Positions 12,385 through 25,522 of a stretch of 64,000 nucleotides of DNA are shown here, piece after piece (position 1 is the stretch's first letter; each line of letters starts with the position of its first letter). The stretch is taken from positions 1 through 64,000 of the forward strand of contig NW_025963817.1 of NCBI RefSeq assembly GCF_023055435.1, read 5' to 3'. Both the position numbers and the translations under genes were made by a program. Below the pieces are notes generated by a model. It was given only the letters and a program-made list of their open reading frames with translations, did no database searches and had not been told where the DNA came from. This DNA is from Haliotis rufescens. Its lineage: Eukaryota.

Positions 12385-14805
12385 CTACAGATGCCCTGAA
12401 CTGCACATGTTCTAAACTACACGTCCTGAAAGGCACATTTTCTGAACTACACATGTCCTACACTACAGATGTCGTGAACTACACGTTCTGAACTACACAT
12501 GCCTTGATCTTCACATGTTCTCAGCTACACATGCCCTAAACTACACATACCTTAAACTACACGTGTTCTAAACTACACATGTTCTATACTACATATACCT
12601 CACACTACACATGTCCTGAACTACACATGTCCTGAACTACACATGTCCTTAACTACACGTTCTAAACTACCCATGTTCTGAACTACACATGTTCTAAACT
12701 GCACATGTTCTAAACTACCCATGTCCTGAACTACACATGTTCTAAACTACCCATGTCCTGAACTACACATGTCCTGAACTACACATGTCCTGAACTACCC
12801 ATGTCCTGAACTACACATGTTCTAAACTGCACATGTTCTAAACTACACATGTCCTGAACTACACATGTCCTGAACTACCCATGTTCTAAACTACCCATGT
12901 CCTGAACTACACATGTCCTGAACTACACATGTCCTGAACTACACATGTTCTGAACTACACATGTCCTGAACTACACATGTCCTGAACTACACATGTCCTG
13001 AACTACACATGTCCTGAACTACACATGTTCTGAACTACACATGTCCTGAACTACACATGTCCTGAACTACACATGTTCTAAACTACACATGTCCTGAACT
13101 ACACATGTCCTGAACTACATATGTCCTGAACTACACATGTCCTGAACTACACATGTCCTGAACTACACATGTTCTAAACTACACATGTCCTGAACTACAC
13201 ATGTCCTGAACTACACATGTCCTGAACTACACATGTCCTGAACTACACATGTCCTGAACTACACATGTCCTGAACTACACATGTCCTGAACTGCACACGC
13301 CCTGAACTACACATGTCCTGAACTACACATGTCCTGAACTACACATGTCCTGAACTACACATGTCCTGAACTACACGTTCTAAACTACCCATGTTCTGAA
13401 CTACACATGTTCTAAACTGCACATGTCCTGAACTACACATGTCCTGAACTACACATGTCCTGAACTACACATGTTCTGAACTACACATGTCCTGAACTAC
13501 ACATGTCCTGAACTACACATGTTCTAAACTACACATGTCCTGAACTACACATGTCCTGAACTACACATGTCCTGAACTACACATGTCCTGAACTACACGT
13601 TCTAAACTATACATGTCCTGAACTACACATGTCCTGAACTACACATGTCCTGAACTACACATGTCCTGAACTACACATGTCCTGAACTACACGTTCTAAA
13701 CTACCCATGTTCTGAACTACACATGTTCTAAACTGCACATGTCCTGAACTACACATGTCCTGAACTACACATGTCCTGAACTACACATGTTCTGAACTAC
13801 ACATGTCCTGAACTACACATGTCCTGAACTACACATGTTCTAAACTACACATGTCCTGAACTACACATGTCCTGAACTACACATGTCCTGAACTACACAT
13901 GTCCTGAACTACACGTTCTAAACTATACATGTCCTGAACTACACATGTTCTGAACTACACATGTCCTGAACTACACATGTCCTGAACTGCACATGTCCTG
14001 AACTACACATGTTCTAAACTACACATGTTCCTGAACTACACATGTCCTGAACTACACATGTCCTGAACTACACATGTCCTGAACTACACATGTCCTGAAC
14101 TACACGTTCTGAACTACACATGTCCTGAACTACCCATGTCCTGAACTACACATGTCCTGAACTACACGTTCTAAACTACCCATGTTCTGAACTACACATG
14201 TTCTAAACTGCACATGTTCTAAACTACCCATGTCCTGAACTACACATGTCCTGAACTACACATGTCCTGAACTACACATGTCCTGAACTACACATGTCCT
14301 GAACTACACATGTTCTAAACTACACATGTCCTGAACTACACATGTCCTGAACTACACATGTCCTGAACTGCACATGTCCTGAACTACACATGTCCTGAAC
14401 TACACATGTTCTGAACTACACATGTCATGAACTACACATGTCCTGAACTGCACATGTCCTGAACTACACATGTTCTAAACTACACATGTCCTGAACTACA
14501 CATGTCCTGAACTACACATGTCCTGAACTACACATGTCCTGAACTGCACATGTCCTGAACTACACATGTCCTGAACTACACATGTCCTGAACTACACATG
14601 TCCTGTACTGCACATGTCCTGAACTACACATGTCCTGAACTACACATGTCCTGAACTACACATGTCCTGAACTACACGTTCTAAACTACCCATGTTCTGA
14701 ACTACACATGTTCTAAACTGCACATGTTCTAAACTACCCATGTCCTGAACTACACATGTCCTGAACTACACATGTCCTGAACTGCACATGTTCTTAACTA
14801 CCCAT
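12385..14805. repeat. 16-bp tandem repeat (GAACTACACATGTCCT), about 150 copies
   Basis: Direct 16-bp periodicity with recurring variant monomers. Confidence 0.97.
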
Positions 14806-16247
14806 CACCCGAATTACTAAAACAATATTTTAAAACATTTCCAAAAAATAACTAAGTTCAAAAGAATCTTTTCTCTTCCTTTGTTTTCATATGGAATCTA
14901 GGAAACTAGACCTGGTTCAGTTTGATCTAGGTTTACCTAGGCTTTTAGTGATAAATATATATTAGACTTAGATGTTTACCGCTTTAGTGAAACCCACAAG
15001 CACGGGAATGGTGCTGACAAACCTAGAAACATAATGACGGAGAACCGGGACTCAAACCCAGGATCCTATGTTTCTGGTGTGTTCAAAGAACGCACAGCGA
15101 ATTGCGGCGACTGGGCCACCCGTTCCCTCTTCGAATATCAGTAAAGAAACAGTTAAAGTATTATTTGACACTGCAGTCATTTCCAAAAAACCGATCAGAG
15201 TGTTGTCAACATGCCAGACAACTCCGAATTATCAAGTGCCATATTTTACCAACATCAAGGGGTCTCTTCGAGCCACGACTTGGCAGTGCCGCTTCGGCAA
15301 CGCTTTCCTTGTTGCTACAAGTGGCCTTGAACTTTTACCAGTGTCCATTATGATATCACCACTATCGAGAGTGACGACGTCAGTTTATCAGTCGTATCAC
15401 ACACTCGTGAGGCAGGGTTTTGTTTCACTCATAGAGTTTACTTTTTCCTTAGGAAATAAGCAATATAATTTACCTTGTTGCAGCTCTTTACCTGATTTTA
15501 CAGTAAAATCATGACGAATAACACCGATTGCAAGGTTTGATGTATGATGTTGAGATTGCTAGAGGGATGTCCACTCTACCTTATCGATGCCTTATTTGCC
15601 CGTTCTGACTTATTACTATCGAATCGGGACCAGACAAGGCAGTGGATGATAGCATGGACCATGATTCACTACGCTGGAGAGCAGATGACAAAACACAGTC
15701 CACATCACACATTGTTACAAACTAGTCATTTCATTAATTGATTACCTGGCATGCATTTGGGGCCTCATGTTTCACCCAGAACCTCAAAGAGGCTTCATCG
15801 CTTAAGTAAATATATAACAGAATGTTTTCATAAATGAGATTTATTGTCGTTTTTCATATTCAAGAAGGGGCAGTTGTAACATTGTACGCCCTTATCTTCA
15901 AATGTCTTCCCACAAACCAGTTGTTTACAACGATGGTACACTCATAAAAATATACAAATGCAACTAAATTTATAAATAGGATATACACTCACTTATGTAC
16001 ATAAACAATCCTTTATGTATATAATCATGAATATGTACTGGTAGTTGATTTACATATTTATTGTATACATGAACATGCAACTTCTGCGGCGTTTCCAGTA
16101 AGTTTGGTTGTATTTGTTCTATATCTTCTGATGGAGATGGCTGTAGAGGTGATGTCAGTCACGTATACACACGAGTAGGTTGGATTGACATATCAGCTTA
16201 CAATGCGCTGCCAGGACTCTTCTAACTACCCCCGACGAGATTGCAGT

Positions 16248-18742
16248 TCAGATGTCCTGGCAGCTCATTGTACAGCGGTGACACGCCCACACTATGACCG
16301 CAGCCACTTGGATCCAAAACCCTGCAACATGGATACACATTTAAAAACGATGAAACTTAGATATTTACGATTTATATGTTTATGTATATCAATATTATAT
16401 AATAAAGGTTAGTGCTCACCTAGCACATATTGTTGTTTTCAAAAAAGATCAGTGAAAACATGACTTACATGATTATATGTTTAGTTATGTCATTACCTAT
16501 GGTATAGAGGGTCACATTGTATGTTCAGTTATGTCATTACCTATGGTATAGAGGGTCACATTGTATGTTCAGTTATGTCATTACCTATGGTATAGAGGGT
16601 CACATTATATGTTTAGTTATGTCATTACCTATGGTATAGAGGGTCACATTGTATGTTTAGTTATGTCATTACCTATGGTATAGAGGGTCACATTATATGA
16701 ACTGTAACAACACGTGCTTAAATGAGACGTATTTTCTTTTATTGACGTATTAGTCGAAAGGGGCCCGTGAAAATCGGATTAGAATAGGTCTTCAGCAACC
16801 CATGCTTGCCGTAAAAGGCCACTATGCTTGTCGCGAGAGAAGTCTGACGGGATCGGGTGGTCAAGCTCGCATACTTGGTTGATGTATGTCATCGTATCCC
16901 AATTGAGTGGATCGATGCTTATGATGTCAATCACCGGACTGTCTGGTCCAGACTCGATTAGTTACAGACCGTCGTCATATAGCAGGAATACTGCCGAGTG
17001 CGGTGTCAAACAACAAATAAACAAACAAAAATTAGTCGAAAGGACTGTGTGATGAATGAAACTCTCACCTGACATGGACGCTAGGCGAGATGACCCATTA
17101 CTAGACTGAGTGTATGCCGCAGGTTTAGGAACGTTTCTACAGGTCGAACATTTCTCGTGACAGGACCGACCAGTGAACCCATCGCGGCAACCCTGCTTGC
17201 ACCTTCCATCAGTGAGACAGTCATTATTCAAACAGTTTTCAGGGCACTTGCTGTCGCAGTCGGTTCCTCTCCATCCTCCGATACAGCCATTGATACAGGA
17301 GCCATCTGTATAGGAGCACGAATGTCTGCACGTTTTGCTGCAATGATGACTACATGTTGGTCCATACCGACCTTCCCTGCATCCCTCCTGGCACGTGCCG
17401 GTGTCACGATCACAAAGACTCAAGCCTTCTCGACCTGCATAACAATTGCTGCATTTCAGATGGCATCCATTGCCATATCGCCCTGGGGAACATTCCTCGC
17501 ACCTGCCCGATGTTCTGTCACATCCAGTGATATGGCAATGCGGACATTGCCTATCACAAAACAGGCCATAAAATCCTGGTTCGCAACCGTATTTACATTT
17601 TCCATCGGTGTAACAGGCGCCTGTTCGACAACTTTTCGAGCATTTTTCGTTACATAATGATCCTTTCCACCCGTGTGTACAGCCGTTGACACAAGACCCG
17701 TCTTTTGGAAAGCATACTGAGTTTTTACAGTTGCTACTACAACTGCTACCACAATGAGGTCCATGTCTCCCATCTATGCATCCTTGCACACAGGTTCCGT
17801 CTGCACGCGCACAATGCCTGTAGCCATCACGTTCTGTGTAGCAGTAGTGACTACATGTCATGGTGCAGTTGTCGCCATGGAAACCAGGTGAGCATTGATC
17901 ACATCTGCCTGAAAATCTGTCACATCCAGTTGTGTAACAGTTAGAGCACTTCTTGTCACAGAACTGGCCATAGTAACCAGGTTCGCAGCCCTCCTTGCAC
18001 TTGCCGTCACTGTGGCAGATACCTCGCAAGCAGTTAGCAGAGCACTTCTCATTACAGAAGGACCCTCTCCATCCATGCGCACATCCAACCAGACAATACC
18101 CATTGGTCTTGGCGCACAACGAGTGTTTGCAATGTTGTGGACAGCGTTTCTGACACGTGCTCCCGAAATGTCCCTTGTTACAGGTTTCCAGGCAGTTCCC
18201 TGAGCTTCTGTTGCAGTAAACATCACCCTTGTAATCTGCAGGACAGTTGTCTGGACATAAAGTGTTACACCCGTCACCGTGGTAACCTGGTTTACACCTG
18301 TAACACCTGCCTGTATCTCTGTCACACCCATCACTGCCACAGTGGCTGCAGTGGTCAGTACATCTGTCTCCATAACAATCGTGTAGGCAGGCTTGACATG
18401 TTAATCCCCCATATGGAGGGGTGCACCCATCTTCACATTTGCCGACATGAGAACCGATGTTTTCTGTGGAATAACAGAACTACTGTTAAGTAATTCATAT
18501 TAATGAGTGAGTGAGTGAGTTTTAACAGTACCATATTAATGAAATACGTCATGTTTGATTGCCATAAGGTAATGTCAAAACTGTAGTTTACTTTACTATA
18601 CTACATAAGAAAAATGTTAATTTAAACGTGATTCATCTGTTTCATGACTGCAAAATTTCAAACTGACAAACATTTTCTTACCGTGAACACATATGTATAT
18701 CAAGGCGACGATTGTCACAATGCGACTGAGAATTCTTTCCAT
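16248..18742 (-). CDS. Multiple EGF-like domain protein (MEGF10/SCARF/CED-1-like ectodomain), copy 1, 509 aa
   Basis: Exons 18742-18682 (signal peptide MERILSRIVTIVALIYICVH), 18463-17069 (about 12 Cys-rich EGF-like modules) and 16321-16248 (GFWIQVAAVIVWACHRCTMSCQDI*). GT-AG introns, both phase 1, 1530 nt in frame. AATAAA on the minus strand at 16057-16062 and 15840-15845. Confidence 0.9.
16763..17030 (+). mobile_element. SINE family A in intron 2 of the EGF gene (paralogous copies at 22013-22265 and 25949-26216)
   Basis: Present at the same position in all three duplicated units, so it inserted before the triplication. Confidence 0.88.
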
Positions 18743-20305
18743 GTTCTTAAACGCCAATATGCGGTATGCAGTACAGTATCGGAGAAAGCATATCACCAGG
18801 ACTCTATGTCAGGAACACATTGGACCGCGACCAAACAAACCCAGTGTCGCCTCGTAGATGTGCAGGATACGTGCAAGGGACTGTACACCCAGATAAGTCC
18901 ACAAGGTTTGAACTATCTATTTATAATTCTGACTTGGCATTTCAGCCATTATCAGTGTTTGATTATAAAGACCTGACTCCATGTCTGGCAGGCTGCCAGC
19001 AGTGCATGACGAAACCTGTCTTTATAGTTTCTTTAGTTTAGTTTCTTATACCGCTTTAGTGAAACCCACAAGCACGGGAATGGTGCTGACAAACCTAGAA
19101 ACATAATGACGGTGAACCGGGACTCAAACCCAGGATCCTAGGTTTCTGGTGTGTTCAAAGAACGCACAGCGAATTGCGGCGACTGGGCCACCCGTTCCCT
19201 CTTCGAATATCAGTAAAGAAACAGTTAAAGTATTATTTGACACTGCAGTCATTTCCAAATAACCGATCAGAGTGTTGTCAACATGCCAGACAACTCCGAA
19301 TTATCAAGTGCCATATTTTACCAACATCAAGGGGTCTCTTCGAGCCACGACTTGGCAGTGCCGCTTCGGCAACGCTTTCCTTGTTGCTACAAGTGGCCTT
19401 GAACTTTTACCAGTGTCCATTATGATATCACCACTATCGAGAGTGACGACGTCAGTTTATCAGTCGTATCACACACTCGTGAGGCAGGGTTTTGTTTCAC
19501 TCATAGAGTTTACTATTTCCCTGGGAATTATGCAAAATAATTTACCTGGTTGCAGCTCTTTACCTGATTTTACAGTAACATCATGACGAATAACACCGAT
19601 TGCAAGGTTTGATGTATGATGTTGAGATTGCTAGAGGGATGTCCACTCGACCTTATTGATGCCTTATTTGCCCGTTCTGACTTATAACTATCGATTCGGG
19701 ACCAGACAAGGCAGTGGATGATAGCATGGACCATGATTCACTCCGCTGGAGAGCAGATGACAAAACACAGTCCACATCACACGCTGTTACAAACTAGTCA
19801 TTTCATTAACTGATTGCCTGGCATGCATTTGGGGCCTCATGTTTCACCAAGAACCCCAAAGAAGCTTCATCGCTTAAGTAAATATATAACAGAATGTTTT
19901 CATGAACGAGATTTATTGTCGTTTTTCATATTCAAGAAGGGGCAGTTGTAACACTGTACGCCCTTATCTTCAAATGTCTTCCCACAAACAAGCTGTTTAC
20001 AACGATGGTACACTCATGAAAATATACAAAATAATGCAACTAAATTTATAAAAAGGAAATACACTCACGAATGTACATAAACAATCCTTTATGTATATAA
20101 TCATGATGCGTACTGGTAGTTGATTTACATATTTATTGTATACATGAATATGCAACTTTTGTGGCGTTTCCAGTAAGTTTGGTAGTATTTGTTCTATATC
20201 TTCTGATGGTGATGGCTGTAGAGTTGATGTCAGTAGGTTGGATTCACATATCAGTTTACAATGCATGGCCAGGACTCTTCTAACTACCCTCGATAAGATT
20301 GCAGT

Positions 20306-23300
20306 TCAGATGTCCTGGCAGCTCATTGTACAACGGTGACACGCCCACACTATGACCGCAGCCACTTGGATCCAAAACCCTGCAACACGGATACACATTT
20401 AAAAACGATGAAACTTAGAGATTTACGATTTATATGTTTATGTATATCAATATTTTATAATTAAGGTCAGTGCTCACCTAGCACATATTGTTGTTTTAAA
20501 AACAAATTCAGTGAAAACATGACTTACATGATTATATGTTTAGTTTATATGTCATTACCCTTTGGTATAGAGGGTCACATTGTATGTTTAGTTATGTCAT
20601 TACCTATGGTATAGAGGGTCACATTATATGTTTAGTTATGTCATTACCTATGGTATTGAGGGTCACATTATATGTTTAGTTATGTCATTACCTATGGTAT
20701 AGAGGGTCACATTATATGTTTAGTTATGTCATTACCTATGGTATAGAGGGTCACATTATATGTTTAGTTATGTCATTACCTATGGTATAGAGGGTCACAT
20801 TATATGTTTAGTTATGTCATTACCTATGGTATAGAGGGTCACATTATATGTTTAGTTATGTCATTACCTGTGGTATAGAGGGTCACATTATATGTTTAGT
20901 TATGTCATTACCTGTGGTATAGAGGGTCACATTATATGTTTAGTTATGTCATTACCTATGGTATAGAGGGTCATATTATATGTTTAGTTATGTCATTACC
21001 TGTGGTATAGAGGGTCACATTATATGTTTAGTTATGTCATTATCTGTGGTATAGAGGGTCACATTATATGTTTAGTTATGTCATTACACATGGTATAGAG
21101 GGTCACATTATATGTTTAGTTATGGCATTACCGGTGGTACAGAGGGTCACATTATATGTTTAGTTATGTCATTACCTATGGTATAGAGGGTCACATTATA
21201 TGTTTAGTTATGGCATTACCGGTGGTACAGAGGGTCACATTATATGTTTAGTTATGTCATTACCTATTGTATAGAGGGTCACATTATATGTTTAGTTATG
21301 TCATTACCTGTGGTATAGAGGGTCACATTATATGTTTAGTTATGTCATTACCTGTGGTATAGAGGGTAACATTGTATGTTTAGTTATGTCATTACCTATG
21401 GTATAGAGGGTCACATTATATGTTTAGTTATGTCATTACCTATGGCATAGAGGGTCACATTATATGTTTAGTTATGTCATTACCTATGGTACAGAGGGTC
21501 ACATTATATGTTTAGTTATGTCATTACCTGTAGTACAGAGGGTCACATTATATGTTTAGTTATGTCATTACCTGTAGTACAGAGGGTAACATTGTATGTT
21601 TAGTTATGTCATTACCTATGGTATAGAGGGTCACATTATATGTTTAGTTATGTCATTACCTGTAGTACAGAGGGTAACATTGTATGTTTAGTTATGTCAT
21701 TACCTATGGTATAGAGGGTCACATTATATGTTTAGTTATGTCATTACCTATGGTATAGAGGGTCATATTATATGTTTAGTTATGTCATTACCTATGGTAT
21801 AGAGGGTCACATTGTATGTTTAGTTATGTCATTACCTATGGTATAGAGGGTCATATTATATGTTTAGTTATGTCATTACCTGTGGTATAGAGGGTCACAT
21901 TATATGTTTAGTTATGTCATTACCTATGGTATAGAGGGTCACATTATATGAACTGTAACAACACGTGCTTTTAATGAGACGTTTTTTCTTTTATTGGCGT
22001 ATTAGTCGAAAGGGACCCGTGAAGATCTGATTAGAATAGGTCTTCAGCAACCTATGCTTGCAGTAAAAGGCGACTATGCTTGTCACGAGAGAATTCTGAC
22101 GGGATCGGGTGGTCAAGCTCGCATACTTGGTTGATGCATGTCATCGTATCCCAATCGCGTGGATCGATGCTTATGATGTCAATCGCCGGATTGTCTGATC
22201 CAGACTCGATTAGTTACAGACCGTCGTCATATAGCAGGAATATTGCAACAAATAAACAAACAAAAATTAGTGGAAAGGACTGTGTGAGGAATTAAACTCT
22301 CACCTGACATGGACGCTAGGCGAGATGACCCATCACTAGTGGATGCCGCAGATTTAGGAACGTTTCTACAGGTCGAACATTTCTCGTGACAGGACCGACC
22401 AGTGAACCCATCGCGGCAGCCCTGCTTACACGTTCCATCAGTGAGACAGTCATTATTCAAACAGTTTTCAGGGCACTTCCTGTCGCAGTGGGTTCCTCTC
22501 CATCCTCCGATACAGCCATTGATACAGGAGCCATCTGTATAGGAGCACGAGTGTCTGCACTGTTTGCTGCAATGATGACTACATGTTGGTCCATACCGAC
22601 CTTCCCTGCATCCCTCCTGGCACGTGCCGGTGTCACGATCACAAAGACTCAAGCCATCTCGACCTGCATAACAATTGCTGCATTTCAGATGGCATCCATT
22701 GCCATATCGCCCTGGGGAGCATTCCTCGCACCTGCCCGATGTTCTGTCACACCCAGTGGTATGGCAATGTGGACATTGCCTATCACAAAACAGGCCATAA
22801 AATCCTGGTTCGCAACCATATTTACATTTTCCATCGGTGTAACAGGCGCCTGTTCGACAACTTTTCGAGCATTTTTCGTTACAGAATGATCCTTTCCACC
22901 CGTGTGTACAGCCGTTGACACAAGACCCATCTTTTGGAAAGCATACTGACTTTTTACAGTTGCTACTACAACTGCTACCACAATGAGGTCCATGTCTCCC
23001 ATCTATACATCCTTGCACACAGGTTCCGTCTGCACGCGCACAATGCCTGTAGCCATCACGTTCTGTGTAGCAGTAGTGACTACATGTCATGGTGCAGTTG
23101 TCGCCATGGAAACCAGGTGAGCATTGATCACATCTGCCTGAAAATCTGTCACATCCAGTTGTGTAACAGTTAGAGCACTTCTTGTCACAGAACTGGCCAT
23201 AGTAACCAGATTCGCAGCCCTCTTTGCACTTGCCGTCACTGTGGCAGATACCTCGCAAGCAGTTAGCCGAGCACGTCTCATTACAGAAGGACCCTCTCCA

Positions 23301-23987
23301 TCCTTGCGCACATCCAACAAGACAATACCCATTGGTCTTGGCGCACAACGAGTGTTTGCAATGTTGTGAACAGCGGTTCTGACACGTGCTCCCGAAATGT
23401 CCCTTGTTACAAGTTTCCAGGCAGTTCCCTGAGCTTCTGTTACAGTGAACATCACCCTTGTAATCTGCAGGACAGTTGTCTGGACATATAGTGTTACACC
23501 CGTCACCGTGGTAACCTGGTTTACACCTGTAACACCTGCCTGTATCTCTGTCACACCCATCACTGCCACAGTGGCTGCAGTGGTCAGTACATCTGTCTCC
23601 ATAACAACCGTGAAGGCAGGCTTGACAAGTTAATCCCCCATATGGAGGGGTGCAACCATCTTCACATTTGCCGACATGAGAACCGATGTTTACTGTGGAA
23701 TAACAAAACTACTGTTAAGTAATTCATATTAATGAGTGAGTGAGTGAGTTGGGTTTTACGCCGCTTTTAACACTATCATATTAATGGAATACGTCATGTT
23801 TGATTACCATAAGGTAATGTCAAAACTATAGTATACTTTACTATACTACATAAGAAAAATGTTAATTTAAACGTGATTCATCTGTTTCATGAGTGCCCAA
23901 TTTCAAACTGACAAACATTTTCTTACCGTGAACACATGTGTATATCAAGGCGACGATTGTCACAATGCGACTGAGAATTTCTTCCAT
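20306..23987 (-). CDS. Multiple EGF-like domain protein, copy 2, 507 aa
   Basis: Exons 23987-23927, 23692-22304 and 20379-20306. Same phases as copy 1, open frame throughout. Intron 2 is expanded by a 44-bp VNTR. Confidence 0.9.
20533..21950. repeat. 44-bp intronic VNTR, 32 copies (5 copies at 16474-16699; 3 copies at 25749-25886)
   Basis: Unit ATATGTTTAGTTATGTCATTACCTATGGTATAGAGGGTCACATT in intron 2 of each EGF gene copy. Confidence 0.97.
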
Positions 23988-25522
23988 CTTCTTAAACGCT
24001 AATATGCGGTATGCAGTACAGTATCGGAGAAAGCATATCACCAGGACTCTATGTCGGGGGACACATTGGACCGCGACCAGCACACCCAGCGTCGCCTCGT
24101 AGATGTACAGGATACGTGCAAGGGACTGTACACCCATATAAGTCTACAAGGTTCATAGTTACTATCTATTTATAATTCTGACTTGGCATTCAGCCATTAT
24201 CAGTGTTTGATTATAAAGACCTGACTCCATGTCTGGCAGGCTGCCAGCAGTGCATGACGAAACCTGTCTTTATAGTTTCTTTAGTTTAGTTTCTTATACC
24301 GCTTTAGTGAAACCCACAAGCACGGGAATGGTGCTGACAAACCAAGAAACATTCTGACGGTGAACCGGGACTCAAACCCAGGATCCTAGGTTTCTGGTGT
24401 GTTCAAAGAACGCACAGCGAATTTCGGCGACTGTGCCACCCGTTCCCTCTTCGAATATCAGTAAAGAAACATTTAAAGTATTATTTGACACTGCAGTCAT
24501 TTCCAAAAAAACGATCAGAGTGTTGTCAACATGCCAGACAACTCCGAATTATCAAGTGCCATATTTTACCAACATCAAGGGGTCTCTTCGAGCCACGACT
24601 TGGCAGTACCGCTTCGGCAACGCTTTCCTTGTTGCTACAAGTGGCCTTGAACTTTTACCAGTGTCCATTATGATATCACCACTATCGAGAGTGACGACGT
24701 CAGTTTATCAGTCGTATCACACACTCGTGAGGCAGGGTTTTGTTTCACTCATAGACTTTACTATTTCCCTGGCAATAATGCAATATAATTTACCTGGTTG
24801 CAGCTCTTTACCTGATTTTAGAGTAACATCATGACGAATTACACCGTTGGCAAGGTTGGATGTATGATGTTGAGATTGCTAGTGTGATGTCCACTCTACC
24901 TTACTGATGCCTTATTTGCCCGTTCTGACTTATTACTATCGAATCGGGATAAGACAAGGCAGTGGATGATAGCATGGACCATGATTCACTCCGCTGGAGA
25001 GACAAAACACCGTCCACATCACACAATGTTACTAGTCATTTCATTAATTGATTACCTGGCATGCATGTTTCACCCAGAACCTCAAAGAGGCTTCATCGCT
25101 TAAGTAAATATATAACAGAATGTTTTCATAAACCAGATTTATTGTCGTTTTTCATATTCAAGAAGGGGCAGTTGTAACATTGTACGCCCTTATCTTCAAA
25201 TGTCTTCCCACAAACGATGGTACACTCATGAAAATGCAACTAAATTTTAAATAGGATATACACTCACTTATGTACATAAACAATCCTTTATGTATATAAT
25301 CATGAATATGTACTGGTAGTTGATTTACATATTTATTGTATACATGAACATGCAACTTCTGCGGCGTTTCCAGTAAGTTTGGTTGTATTTGTTCTATATC
25401 TTCTGATGGAGATGGCTGTAGAGGTGATGTCAGTCACGTATACACAAGAGTTGGTTGGTTTGACATATCAGCTTACAATGAACTGCCAGGACTCTTCTAA
25501 CTACCCCCGACGAGATTGCAGT

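Noticed and set aside
12385-14805. Regular short repeats resembling a CRISPR array (also the 19- and 44-bp arrays)
   Set aside because: Head-to-tail monomers with no unique spacers, no cas genes, and a eukaryotic context.
15068-15514. 148-aa plus-strand ORF repeated in all three units
   Set aside because: Starts in a SINE fragment, its start is not conserved between copies, and it has no recognisable domain.
17157-18493. Alternative-frame and antisense ORFs over the EGF exon (e.g. 171-aa METDVL..., 166-aa MTGPT...)
   Set aside because: Shadow ORFs of the Cys/Gly-rich coding frame; they recur only because the unit is duplicated.
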